Positions 1-9,994 are shown, numbered from the stretch's first letter. The stretch is DNA of 64,000 nucleotides from Nanobdellota archaeon (GCA_018819305.1 JAHJQO010000040.1:44320-108319), one strand, 5' to 3'. Program-made: numbers and translations. Notes: a model not told the origin generated them from the sequence alone.

Positions 1-411
1 AATGAAATTTTAATCAAAGCCTCCGTAAGATGTTTAAAATTTTTGAAGAAAAGGTACAAACTCGGAATTATAACTAACGGGAGAAGAAAAACTCAGATTA
101 AAAGAATAAAAAAAGCCAGAATATACGATTATTTTGATGCAATCGTGTGTGCATATGAAAACCCTAAGCCTCAAAAAAAACCTTTTGATGAATGTCTTAA
201 AAAACTGAATGTAAAAGCAAATGAAGCAATTTATATAAGTCACGATATCGAAATGGATATAATAGGGGCTAAAAAAGCAGGTATGTTCACGATTTACTTC
301 AATCCAAAAAAAGATACATGTAATATTAAACCAAAGGAAGTGGATATAATGATAAAATCGTTCAAAGAGTTAAATAAAAAATTAAAAATAATAAAAGAGG
401 ATAAAGAATGA
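1..411 (+). CDS. HAD-superfamily hydrolase, 5' end cut by window edge
   Basis: Frame 1 is open from base 1 (NEILIKASVRCLKFLKKRYKLGIITNG...). C-terminal HAD-like motifs are present (KPQKKPF, ISHDIEMDIIGAKKAGM). The stop overlaps the next start (ATGA at 408-411). Confidence 0.7.
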   Translation, partial: NEILIKASVRCLKFLKKRYKLGIITNGRRKTQIKRIKKARIYDYFDAIVCAYENPKPQKKPFDECLKKLNVKANEAIYISHDIEMDIIGAKKAGMFTIYFNPKKDTCNIKPKEVDIMIKSFKELNKKLKIIKEDKE

Positions 412-1643
412 ATAAAAAACAAAAAACAAAAATTTCAAAAAAAGGAATATTAATTGTTGGGGCGGGAGTGTTACAGATAGCTGCTGTCGAAAAAGCAAAA
501 CAACTCGGCTATACAGTTTATATTACTGACCTGCATGCCGATTCTCCTGCGGTACAACATGCGGATTATTTCTTTAAGCTCAGCACAAAAGACATAGAGG
601 GTCATATGGCGCTAGCAAAAAAACTAAAAAAAGAAAATAAGATCGAAGCAGTTTATACACAAGGATGTGATGTTGAATATACGGTGGCTATGGCTGCCAG
701 AGCTGCAAAGTTACCCGGGATTAACCCTGAGGCTGCATTAAACTGCAATGATAAATCAAGAACAAGAAAAATTCTGAATGAAAAAAAAGTTGACTTTGTT
801 AAATATGCCACTGCAAAAACTGAAGAAGAGGCTATGAAAGCAGTAAATAAAATAGGGTTTCCATGCATAATAAAACCTTTGGATAATTCTGCAAGCAGAG
901 GATTAAAAGTGTTAAACTCTGAAAGCGAAGTTCCTGATGCATTCAAAAACGCTTTAAAAACTTGTTTCATGAGAAAAGAAATAATCATAGAAGAATTTCT
1001 AAAAGGCGAAGAATACAGTGTTGATACAGTAATATTCAGAGGAAAGTTGTTTCCTGCTGGCATTTCCGACAGACAGTTTCGATCAATTGAAAAATACTGT
1101 GTACAAGTCGGATCATTAACACCATCTCTACTCCCTGCAAAGAATCAAGCCGACATGTATGAATTAATGGACCGAGCTGCAAAAGCTCTTGGAGTCGATA
1201 ATGGTGCTTTTAAAGGAGATCTCATACTTATTAAAGGTAAGCCAAAAATCATTGAAGTGACTGCAAGAACATCAGGTGGTTTTGATGCACAATACCGAAA
1301 ACCTTATTCCTTTGGCATAGATATAATAAAAGCAACAATAGATATAGCTGCAGGAAAGGAACTTGACCCTATTGACTTAGTACCAAAATGGGTAAAATGG
1401 TCAAAAACTACATCTGTATTTCCTAAACCAGGAAGAATTGTTAGAATAAAAGGATTGAAAGAAATAGAAAAATTAAAAGGAGTTAAAAATATTTTTTATA
1501 CAATGAAAATAGGAGATTTTGTTAAAGATTATATTGATTGTGCCAGCAGGATAAACCACATCATCATTGTAGCTGACACTTATGAAAAATTGAATGCGCT
1601 TGAAAACAAAATTCATGAAACCTTAATAATTGAAACGGAATAG
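408..1643 (+). CDS. ATP-grasp domain enzyme
   Basis: 411 aa. N-terminal GILIVGAGVLQ Rossmann-like segment and central ATP-grasp-like pattern (GFPCIIKPLDNSASRGL, IIEEFLKGEEYSVD). Translationally coupled to the upstream HAD gene. Confidence 0.7.
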   Translation: MNKKQKTKISKKGILIVGAGVLQIAAVEKAKQLGYTVYITDLHADSPAVQHADYFFKLSTKDIEGHMALAKKLKKENKIEAVYTQGCDVEYTVAMAARAAKLPGINPEAALNCNDKSRTRKILNEKKVDFVKYATAKTEEEAMKAVNKIGFPCIIKPLDNSASRGLKVLNSESEVPDAFKNALKTCFMRKEIIIEEFLKGEEYSVDTVIFRGKLFPAGISDRQFRSIEKYCVQVGSLTPSLLPAKNQADMYELMDRAAKALGVDNGAFKGDLILIKGKPKIIEVTARTSGGFDAQYRKPYSFGIDIIKATIDIAAGKELDPIDLVPKWVKWSKTTSVFPKPGRIVRIKGLKEIEKLKGVKNIFYTMKIGDFVKDYIDCASRINHIIIVADTYEKLNALENKIHETLIIETE

Positions 1644-1666
1644 GAGAACATGAAGGAGGATAAAAA

Positions 1667-2716
1667 ATGAAAAAACCAATAATAGGAATAACAATGGGAG
1701 AACCTGCAGGTATTGGACCTGAAATTGCAATAAAAGCATTATGCGATGTAAAAATTAGACAAATATGTCATCCCTTTATCTTAGGAGATAAAAACACTTT
1801 AGAAGATGCATATAGATTTTCTCAAGGCATAACAAATAAAGAGAAATTTAATGTTGTAAAATATGATGCTCTTGAAGATATCTTATTTAATGAAAGCTAC
1901 ATCCCTGTGCTTGATTTCCATAACGTGGATGTAAGCCAAATCCAATTCGGGAAGGATTCCGAAATGGGTGGAAAAGCTTCTGGAGAATATATAAAAAAGA
2001 GTATTGAATTAGCATTAGAACAAAAGATTGATGCAGTTGTAACAGGCCCAATAAGTAAAGTATCTTTTAAAATGGGTGGTTGGGGTTTAAAATACGCTGG
2101 TCATACTGAAATGTTTGCTGATTTAACTAATACAGACAAGTATGGAATGCTTTTAGCACACGGTAATTTTCGAGTTATTCATGCAACAACACACATCCCT
2201 TACAAAGATGTGCCTAGTAAAATTACAAGAGAAAGAATTCTAGATACATTAGATTTAGCATATCAATCCTGCACGATGTTTGGCATAGAGAATCCTAAAA
2301 TAATTGTGTGTGGACTTAATCCTCATGCAGGAGAAAGTGGAAAAATAGGCGAAGAAGATGCTAATATAATTGCTCCTGCAATTGATGAATTTAGAAAGAA
2401 AGGTGTTGATGTAACAGGACCTTCACCAGCAGATACTGTTTGGAGTAAAGTTTTGAGTGGTGCGTATGATATTGGAGTGGCTATGTACCATGATCAAGGC
2501 CATATCCCTACAAAGTTATTAGGATTCCAATATGAAAAAGATGGTACATATAAATCTATATTAGGAATGAACATCACTGTAGGTATTCCTATCATCAGAG
2601 TCTCTGTTGATCATGGTGTTGCATACGGAAAATCAGGGAAAGGAATTGCCACACCAAGCAGTTTGATTCAATCAATTGAAACCGCAACTCAATTGGCGCA
2701 AAACAAGTATTATTAA
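1667..2716 (+). CDS. pdxA: PdxA-family NAD-dependent dehydrogenase (4-hydroxythreonine-4-phosphate dehydrogenase-like)
   Basis: 349 aa with PdxA-family motifs GITMGEPAGIGPEI, GHTEMF, GLNPHAGESG and YHDQGHIP. Confidence 0.85.
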   Translation: MKKPIIGITMGEPAGIGPEIAIKALCDVKIRQICHPFILGDKNTLEDAYRFSQGITNKEKFNVVKYDALEDILFNESYIPVLDFHNVDVSQIQFGKDSEMGGKASGEYIKKSIELALEQKIDAVVTGPISKVSFKMGGWGLKYAGHTEMFADLTNTDKYGMLLAHGNFRVIHATTHIPYKDVPSKITRERILDTLDLAYQSCTMFGIENPKIIVCGLNPHAGESGKIGEEDANIIAPAIDEFRKKGVDVTGPSPADTVWSKVLSGAYDIGVAMYHDQGHIPTKLLGFQYEKDGTYKSILGMNITVGIPIIRVSVDHGVAYGKSGKGIATPSSLIQSIETATQLAQNKYY

Positions 2717-2779
2717 TAGGAAAATATTAAAATACTAATCTTGTAAGTCTCTACTTAGTTTAATCGATTCATCATAAAA

Positions 2780-4456
2780 ATGAAAATACAAAAAAAATTC
2801 AGAGTATTATTAATAAATCCTCCACCAGAGAACTTATTTAAGGAAGAGGATGTGTCAAAACAGTCACAAATATCTATTACGCCGCCACTTGGCTTAGCGT
2901 ACATAGCAGCGTACTTGTTAAAAAACAAAAGCTATGATGTTTCTATACTGGATGCCCATACTGAAGGCGTATATGAAATGAAAATAAATGATGCAAAAAA
3001 TAACTATGGTATATTTTATGATATTATCCGTGAAAAAATAGAAGAATATAAACCGGACCTAGTGGGAGTTTCCTGCTTGATAGTCAGCAATCGTAAACAG
3101 GCTCATAAAGTTTGCGAAATAATTAAAAGCGTAAATAAAAGTATAATAACTGTTATGGGAGGTGGATATCCTACCACGCTCCCAGAAAAAGCTATGTCGG
3201 ACCATAATGTGAACTATGTAATTCTGGGGGAAGGTGAACATTCCTTTTTTGAATTAGTAGAATCAATCAAATCAAACAAAAGTGTAGACTATATTGACGG
3301 AATATCCTACAGGCTAAATGATAGCATCAAAATAAATCCAAAAACCAAGTACATTGAAGACTTGGACTCTCTGCCGTTTCCAGATAGGAGTCTGCTTCCT
3401 ATGGAAAAGTATTTTGAGGTTAGTATGCCTATCGGAGCTAACCTGACTAGTAGGTTTACAAGCTTTTTGACATCGCGGGGCTGCCCGGCAAACTGCATAT
3501 TCTGCTCTTCTTATAATATATGGGGTAAGAAATTTAGGGCTCGGTCTGCAAAAAATATATTGGATGAAATAGATCTGCTGATAAGAAAATATGATATTGG
3601 GGAAATCCAATTTATAGATGATAATCTGACTTTTAACATAAAAAGGGCTGAAGAGATATTTGATGGAATCATAGAACGGAAGTTTAACTTGATACTATCG
3701 GCACCTAATGGCATCGCCTTATATAGGTTGAGTCCGAAATTAATATCGAAAATGAAGAAATGTGGGTTTAATAGAGTGTGTTTAGGAATTGAGTCTGGAG
3801 ACCAGTACGTCTTAGATCACATAATAAAAAAACCTCTCAACTTAGAAAAGATTAAGCCTTTGATAAAAATAATGAAAGAAGAGGGTTTGTATTTATTTGG
3901 TTTTTTCATGTTCGGTTTCCCTGGAGAGACTAAAGAACAAATGTATAATACTATAAAGTTTGCCATGGATAGCGGTTTGGATTGGTGTGGTAATAGCATT
4001 GCAAATCCTTTGCCAGGTACCCAAATGTACAAGATTTGTGAGGAGAAAAATTATTTCAAGGGGGGGGGCAAAGACCTCATTTTTGATGAGATCAATTACT
4101 CCAAAGGAAACATAAAAACAGAGGATTTTACTCAGGAAGATGTTGAAGAAATAAGTTATGATGCGAATTTAAGAATAAACTTTCTGAATAATCCAAATTT
4201 AAAGAGGAATATAGATCTTGCACTTATGGACTTCTCTAGGGTTGCGGAAAGATATCACGGGCATGCTATCGCAAGGTATAGCTTAGGTAAAGCATATTAC
4301 CTTAAGAAAGAATACGCCAAAGCACAAGCAGAATGGAAAAAAGTCTTAAAATTACATCAAACAAGCGATGATGCAAAAAAGTGTTTAGATAAATATCATA
4401 TTAATATAAAATCAGATCTGCAAAAAGTGTCAAAAAAATGCTTGGTCAAAGAATGA
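2780..4456 (+). CDS. B12-binding-domain radical SAM protein with TPR-like C-terminus
   Basis: 558 aa. N-terminal cobalamin-binding-like domain (RVLLINPP..., VGVSCL), CxxxCxxC cluster motif (GCPANCIFCSS) and a C-terminal helical repeat (YSLGKAYYLKKEYAKAQAEWKKVL). Confidence 0.8.
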   Translation: MKIQKKFRVLLINPPPENLFKEEDVSKQSQISITPPLGLAYIAAYLLKNKSYDVSILDAHTEGVYEMKINDAKNNYGIFYDIIREKIEEYKPDLVGVSCLIVSNRKQAHKVCEIIKSVNKSIITVMGGGYPTTLPEKAMSDHNVNYVILGEGEHSFFELVESIKSNKSVDYIDGISYRLNDSIKINPKTKYIEDLDSLPFPDRSLLPMEKYFEVSMPIGANLTSRFTSFLTSRGCPANCIFCSSYNIWGKKFRARSAKNILDEIDLLIRKYDIGEIQFIDDNLTFNIKRAEEIFDGIIERKFNLILSAPNGIALYRLSPKLISKMKKCGFNRVCLGIESGDQYVLDHIIKKPLNLEKIKPLIKIMKEEGLYLFGFFMFGFPGETKEQMYNTIKFAMDSGLDWCGNSIANPLPGTQMYKICEEKNYFKGGGKDLIFDEINYSKGNIKTEDFTQEDVEEISYDANLRINFLNNPNLKRNIDLALMDFSRVAERYHGHAIARYSLGKAYYLKKEYAKAQAEWKKVLKLHQTSDDAKKCLDKYHINIKSDLQKVSKKCLVKE

Positions 4457-4563
4457 AGGTTTTGTTTGTTAATCCTTCTCTAAGAGACCAATATACGCCG
4501 GCAATGTCTCATTTAAAAATTTTTTTCTCAATCACTGCCAGAAAAAAATAAAAGATATCATCA

Positions 4564-5466
4564 ATGAAAAATCAAACCAAAAAAAAAGAATTCGTAGACC
4601 TACACCTGCATTCGAATAAGTCAGATGGCAAATTAAGCCCTAAAGAGATTATTGATGAAGCTGTTCAATTAGGTCTAAAAGCAATTGCGATTACAGACCA
4701 TGACACAATTGAAGGTTCAAAAGAAGCAATAAAGCATGGCAAAGGAAAACTCGAAGTTGTGCCTGGTGTTGAGATTAATTGCTATGAAAAAGAAAAAGGT
4801 TTTCCTGAGATTCATGTTCTGGGTTATTTATTTAATCCAGAGGCAAAGCCAATTAATGAAATATTGCAAAAGGCAAGTGAAGAAAGGTTTTATCAAAAAG
4901 AAAAACTTGTTGAGAACCTGCAAAAAATGGGTTATGATATTTCTATTGACGAAGTTCTTCAAATGGCAGGAGGTGAAGTTAGCAGGGCTCATGTTGCGCA
5001 GATACTATTAAAAAAATATCCTGATGAGTTCTCATCAATTCCTGAAGTTTTTGAAAAATACATAGGAACTCATTGTCCTGCATATGTTGAAAGAGTTTGT
5101 AAAAGCACTGTAAATATGGCTGTTGAAGCTATAATTAAATCAGGTGGTATTGCTGTGCTTGCTCATCCTGGTGCATATAAAGATAAAGATGCTATTGAAC
5201 TCATAAAATACTTCACAGAATGCGGCGGCAAAGGACTGGAAATTTGGTATCCTTATGAAAAAATATTTGGCCATGAAGGTGTTACAAAAGAAGATGAAAA
5301 AAGAAAAATTACTCTATTCAAAAAAATAGCACAGGAAAAAAATCTTCTAATGACTGGTGGTTCTGATTTTCACAGTGTAATACGCAATACACAAATCAAT
5401 GAGATGAAAATTCCTTATTCTGTTGTTGAGAAATTAAAAAAAGCTCAGAAAAAGCGTGAAATCTGA
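4564..5466 (+). CDS. PHP-domain metal-dependent phosphoesterase
   Basis: 300 aa with VDLHLHSNKSDG, ITDHDTIEG, LAHPG and GGSDFH motifs typical of the PHP family. Confidence 0.75.
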   Translation: MKNQTKKKEFVDLHLHSNKSDGKLSPKEIIDEAVQLGLKAIAITDHDTIEGSKEAIKHGKGKLEVVPGVEINCYEKEKGFPEIHVLGYLFNPEAKPINEILQKASEERFYQKEKLVENLQKMGYDISIDEVLQMAGGEVSRAHVAQILLKKYPDEFSSIPEVFEKYIGTHCPAYVERVCKSTVNMAVEAIIKSGGIAVLAHPGAYKDKDAIELIKYFTECGGKGLEIWYPYEKIFGHEGVTKEDEKRKITLFKKIAQEKNLLMTGGSDFHSVIRNTQINEMKIPYSVVEKLKKAQKKREI

Positions 5467-6935
5467 GAGGGCAATAGACTTTTTATTTCTTTTAAATCAA
5501 CGAGTTTAAACAAGAATATAACTCCTATATAAATGGCTACTCCACTAATTATGCATATTATAGCTTCAGGGAGTGGATTAACATTTAATGTTTCTTTTAA
5601 GATAAATACTGTGATTAATAAGAATGCACCTGCAATGACTGTTTTTAGCCAGCTCAACCAAGGAATTTTTACTTTTATTAGTTTGGATAAGCTAAATGAA
5701 GACAAAAGCATTACTAGAAAATAGCTTAATAAAGATGTGATTGCTGCTCCCAGCATTCCAAGCAAAGGTATAAAAATGAAATTTGTGACAATGTTCACTC
5801 CTGCTGCAATGAACATAATCTTAGCCCCAATCTTAGGTTTTCCAACAGCTGCAATAACAAATAAATGGATTTGACCTAAAATAAGGAATACTATACCTAT
5901 TAATAAATATTGAAATGCTAACGTGCCAGATATATAGTCAGGACCAAAAAATAATTGTAATATTAGAAATGAAAATGAAAACATTATAAGTGCCACAGGT
6001 AAAATTATAATGAGAGAGTATTTTTGTAGCAGATTCACACCTTGCCGAATCAATTTATTCTTTTTTCTGGCCCAAAGCTCTGATATTAGTGGAAAAATAG
6101 TTATATTAATAGATATGGCAAAAAAATTAAGCATCATCGCAGTAGGAACAACCACATTGTATATGCCAACTTCTGCGAGGCTTCTAAAATAAGTCAAAAT
6201 AAGAATATCAATATACAAAATTATCATACCACCTATACTGCCCAAAGTCGTTGGCACCCCGAAAGCAAAGAGTTTTTTTCTTAAGTCTTTTTTTATGGGA
6301 CTTCTATACTTGAAAATATTAAATATTTTGAAAAATACAAAAAAGAATCCTATCACAATCAATGTATAAACCAAGATATGCAGGTATATAGCTGTGAAAA
6401 TGTCTTTTACCAAAGTAAAGCCAATAATGAGCATGATAAGCAGAAGCATATTTTCAGCAAAATACATTAATCCATAAATTGCCATTCTCTGGAATCCTTG
6501 GAAAATGCTCCTGAGCAGTTCTCTGAAATTTGTCAAGAAAAGAATTGCAATGAAAATTAAAAGAACTTTATACGCCAGAGGTTCTTTGAAATAATGTATT
6601 GAAAGATACTGTGCAAAAATAATTATGAGAACAGCCATCACTGCAGTGATTATCAATTGTATTACAAAAGTAAAAATTATTGCACTGCTTATCTTGGCAG
6701 GAGTTTTTTTCACAAGATATTCTGGAATGTATTTTACTAATGCCTGGCAAAGTCCAACATCTTTAAAAAGAACTAAAAAATTAATAAGAGTCAAAACTGC
6801 AAAAAACAATCCATATTCTGCAACTGTCAGATTCCTTGCCAGAACAATTCTTATTAAATATCCTAGAAAAGCAGCTATTATGTTAAAGACAAATAAAATA
6901 CTTACTCCTTTAACTGCTTTTTTTGTGTAACTCAT
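5445..6935 (-). CDS. Polysaccharide biosynthesis flippase (Wzx/MOP-type multi-pass membrane protein)
   Basis: 496 aa, almost entirely hydrophobic helices (about 12-14 TM). Sits between sugar-modifying genes and converges on the PHP gene with a 22-nt overlap. Confidence 0.65.
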   Translation of the reverse strand: MSYTKKAVKGVSILFVFNIIAAFLGYLIRIVLARNLTVAEYGLFFAVLTLINFLVLFKDVGLCQALVKYIPEYLVKKTPAKISSAIIFTFVIQLIITAVMAVLIIIFAQYLSIHYFKEPLAYKVLLIFIAILFLTNFRELLRSIFQGFQRMAIYGLMYFAENMLLLIMLIIGFTLVKDIFTAIYLHILVYTLIVIGFFFVFFKIFNIFKYRSPIKKDLRKKLFAFGVPTTLGSIGGMIILYIDILILTYFRSLAEVGIYNVVVPTAMMLNFFAISINITIFPLISELWARKKNKLIRQGVNLLQKYSLIIILPVALIMFSFSFLILQLFFGPDYISGTLAFQYLLIGIVFLILGQIHLFVIAAVGKPKIGAKIMFIAAGVNIVTNFIFIPLLGMLGAAITSLLSYFLVMLLSSFSLSKLIKVKIPWLSWLKTVIAGAFLLITVFILKETLNVNPLPEAIICIISGVAIYIGVIFLFKLVDLKEIKSLLPSQISRFF

Positions 6936-6976
6936 TTTTATTTAATTATCTAATCAAATTAATATATGAAGAAAAT

Positions 6977-9670
6977 TTACCTTCCCACTCCCTTATATTT
7001 AAATCCCATCTTCTTCATTTCGACAGGATCATACAAGTTTCTGCCATCAATAATCACAGCTTGCTTCATTACCTTTTTCATTTTTTCAAAATCAGGCTCT
7101 CTGAATTCATCCCATTCTGTCAGAATGATTAAAGCATGTGCTCCTTCTAAAGCATCATAAGCATTTTTTGCAAACCTTACTCCAGTTTTAAAATGATTTC
7201 TTGCATTTTCCAATGCTTCAGGGTCATAAGCTGTTATTTTTGCATATTCCTTAAGTAGCTGGTCTATCACTGTCAGACTTGGTGATTCTCGTATATCATC
7301 AGTTCTTGGTTTGAATGATAAACCCCATATTGCAATTGTCTTGCCTTCAAGTTTGGGTAAGAATCGTTTTAATTTGGGAACTAAACTTCTTTTTTGTCTT
7401 TCATTAATGTAATCAACTGTGCGCAATAAATTTGAAGTGAAACCATACTGCTCAAGTATTTGTGCAATTGCTTTTACGTCTTTTGGAAAACAGTTATGCA
7501 CAATTAAACCATGACTTGTAATAAAATTCTCTGTATTCTCAACTTCAACACTATAAACATATGTTTCTTGATTTTGTTTATCAATGGATTTTATGTCTAC
7601 AAGACAAATCTCTTGGTTTAACCTTGTAAAACCAACACTCTTGATATTAGTGCACTTTTCTAAAACAGAATCTATTTTCTTCTGTGTTATTTTATCTTTG
7701 AAAAAAGGTAATTGCTTAATCTGTTTCTTTGTAGAAATTCTAAAAAAATGTGCGTAATCCGTACTTTTTGCAGATATTGACTTTTTATAACTGGGCACTA
7801 TACCTAATGACAGAAACAATAAAATAGATTTATGTATTAAAGAATAGCTAATGCTGCCAAAATCGTATACAACTGAATTGGTGTTTTTTGGAAAGGCTAC
7901 ATGCCCATCGCCTCGAAATAAAGTTCTGAGAAAATCTATTTTGTTTTCTTTACTTACAGAAAAAATAAGAGAAGGAACATCAGCTGAGTAAGAATCTTTC
8001 CCACATTTTAAGTATGAATCCAATAAAAAAGCTATTAATCTTGAAGAGGTCGTTATAGAAACCGTGGAGTTTACCTTATTTTCCTTTATTTTATAATTTA
8101 TATTTAAAGAATCATAAATACTCAACAAATCCTTTAAATATTCTTTTTCATTTATATTAAAACAGATGCCTATTCTTGCTCTTAGGCCTCTTAAGCCTTT
8201 TTCATAATGAATATAGCCTTCACTAATATAATAACCTAAAAAACGCATAAAAGAAGAATTAATTTTAATAATTACAGGCACATATGATGGTGTGCCTTTA
8301 ACAGTAAACAATAATAACTCTTCTCTAGGAACTAAACCCTCTACATCTTTATCAAGGTATTCTTTTAGGTTCATACAGTTTGAACGAATTATATCTCTAA
8401 GTCTTGTTGACTTGAATTTCTGGCTTAGTTGGAGTTCAAACTTTTTAAAAAGAAGATTTTTTGGTCTGACTCTCACTTTAGTGAAATCAAACGTCTTTTT
8501 ATCTAATATTTTAATAAGATCGATAAAAGTATCATACTTACTCAAGGAAGGTAAATGTAACATGGAAGGGATTGTGTCTTTCAAAGATAAATCTCTTGCT
8601 AACTTTATTTTAAAACTGTTATCTTCGTAAACCAGGAAGGGATGGTCTTCAGTAACATTCAATGTTTTATTCATACGAGTAACAATTTTAATCATATCTC
8701 CTTTATATTCTCTTTTTGTTGCTGTTTTTATTTTTTCAAAACATATTTGATTATTATTTAAATCTGCGCTACCAATCTCTAAGTTTCTAAGTTTTAGATT
8801 TAGTAATTCTTTTATTTTGATAGGCCTTATAGTGTCTGTTTCTTTTATGATAATTATTTCATCTCCATCAAGACAGCTTCCTCCGTAACCACATCCGGCC
8901 TGCAAAAATCTTGAGCCAATTCTTGTATCCAGACCCATACCTTTTCCAACTTCTTTTATATCCGCACCTATTTCCTCGCAGAGATGACTTAGTTCATTCA
9001 TAAAACTGATTCGTGTAGCCAGCATTGCATTGCTAGCATACTTGATGAGCTCTGCATTTTTTTCATTTGTAAAAAATATAGGTTTTGTTGTCCTGCTAAT
9101 AGACCTATAAAGCTTTGTAAGCATTTCTTTTGCTCGTTCACTGGTTGTGCCAACCACAATTCTGTCTGGATTTTGAAAATCTTTAACAGCAGCACCTTCT
9201 CTTAAGAACTCAGGATTGCTAACAACATCAAATTCTATTTTCTTTTTTCTTTTTTTCAGTTCTGCATTGATTATTCTTTTGACTTTTTCTGCTGTGCCTA
9301 CAGGAACTGTGCTTTTGTTAGCAATAACCTTGTAAGAATCAATATGTTTGCCTATATTTTCTGCTGCTTTGTAAACATAGCTCATATCTGCCTCTCCATT
9401 AGTCTTCGGAGGTGTTCCAACACAGATGAATATTACTTCAGCCTGTTTAACTGCTTGTTCAGTGTTTGTTGTGAATTTTAATCTTCCTAAACGCACATTT
9501 CTCTCTACTAATTCTTTCAGACCAGGTTCATAAATAGGAATGATACCTTTGCTCAAGGAATCAACTTTTTTTTGATCAATATCAAGGCAGGTTACATTAT
9601 TTCCCAGATCAGCAAAACATGTACCGCTCACTAATCCTACATATCCGCTTCCTACGCATAAAATTTTCAT
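6977..9670 (-). CDS. ugd: UDP-glucose 6-dehydrogenase interrupted by an intein
   Basis: N-extein MKILCVGSGYVGLVSGTCFADLG...GCGYGGS. C-extein CFPKDVKAIAQ...IAIWGLSFKPRTDDIRESP. The joined exteins recreate the GGSCFPKD active-site motif. 897 aa in total, with exteins of about 436 aa. Confidence 0.9.
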   Translation of the reverse strand: MKILCVGSGYVGLVSGTCFADLGNNVTCLDIDQKKVDSLSKGIIPIYEPGLKELVERNVRLGRLKFTTNTEQAVKQAEVIFICVGTPPKTNGEADMSYVYKAAENIGKHIDSYKVIANKSTVPVGTAEKVKRIINAELKKRKKKIEFDVVSNPEFLREGAAVKDFQNPDRIVVGTTSERAKEMLTKLYRSISRTTKPIFFTNEKNAELIKYASNAMLATRISFMNELSHLCEEIGADIKEVGKGMGLDTRIGSRFLQAGCGYGGSCLDGDEIIIIKETDTIRPIKIKELLNLKLRNLEIGSADLNNNQICFEKIKTATKREYKGDMIKIVTRMNKTLNVTEDHPFLVYEDNSFKIKLARDLSLKDTIPSMLHLPSLSKYDTFIDLIKILDKKTFDFTKVRVRPKNLLFKKFELQLSQKFKSTRLRDIIRSNCMNLKEYLDKDVEGLVPREELLLFTVKGTPSYVPVIIKINSSFMRFLGYYISEGYIHYEKGLRGLRARIGICFNINEKEYLKDLLSIYDSLNINYKIKENKVNSTVSITTSSRLIAFLLDSYLKCGKDSYSADVPSLIFSVSKENKIDFLRTLFRGDGHVAFPKNTNSVVYDFGSISYSLIHKSILLFLSLGIVPSYKKSISAKSTDYAHFFRISTKKQIKQLPFFKDKITQKKIDSVLEKCTNIKSVGFTRLNQEICLVDIKSIDKQNQETYVYSVEVENTENFITSHGLIVHNCFPKDVKAIAQILEQYGFTSNLLRTVDYINERQKRSLVPKLKRFLPKLEGKTIAIWGLSFKPRTDDIRESPSLTVIDQLLKEYAKITAYDPEALENARNHFKTGVRFAKNAYDALEGAHALIILTEWDEFREPDFEKMKKVMKQAVIIDGRNLYDPVEMKKMGFKYKGVGR
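7493..8875 (-). mobile_element. 461-aa intein with LAGLIDADG homing-endonuclease domain inside ugd
   Basis: Starts with Cys (CLDGDEIII, codon 8875-8873) and has TxxH block B (NVTEDHPFLV). LAGLIDADG motifs are FLGYYISEGYI and FLRTLFRGDGHV. Ends ...HGLIVHN followed by the +1 Cys (codon 7492-7490). Confidence 0.85.
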
Positions 9671-9785
9671 TTTAATACCTCTTTTAACCCCTTAATCAAT
9701 TAAATAATAGTTGAATAAACGTGTTTTTAAAGGTTATGAAACGCAAAACCAGTCTATTCCTTCCCTCGAGAAAAGACGAAAGCTT

Positions 9786-9793
9786 TTTAAATA
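9786..9793 (+). promoter_or_regulatory. TATA box for the 5S rRNA gene
   Basis: TTTAAATA lies about 20-25 nt upstream of the inferred 5S 5' end. Confidence 0.5.
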
Positions 9794-9811
9794 AATCCCA
9801 GTTCTATAGCA

Positions 9812-9926
9812 ACGGACGGTCATAGCTGCGTGGTTTACCTGTTCCCATTTCGAACACAGACGTCAAGAACGCATACGTTCCAGGGTGTACTGCACTTATG
9901 TGTGGGAAACCTGGGAAGCTGTCCAT
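9812..9926 (+). rRNA. rrf: 5S rRNA (stand-alone, no 16S/23S in window)
   Basis: GGACGGTCATAGC...CCCATTTCGAACACAGACGTCAAG...GTGTACTGCAC...GGGAAGCTGTCC. Terminal helix GGACGG/CTGTCC, with helix III-loop C and loop E-like segments. The ends are approximate to +/-3 nt. Confidence 0.85.
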
Positions 9927-9994
9927 TTAAATTTCTCGAAATTTAATAAATGAGTTATTCAATACAATTAAATTAATTGTTAGAATTATTCCAT

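Noticed and set aside
653-1063. 136-aa minus-strand ORF inside the ATP-grasp gene, with similar antisense ORFs at 3059-4032, 5533-6930, 8292-8630, 27156-27848 and 28256-28632
   Set aside because: All are embedded opposite longer ORFs with recognisable domains. None has motifs or an independent promoter context.
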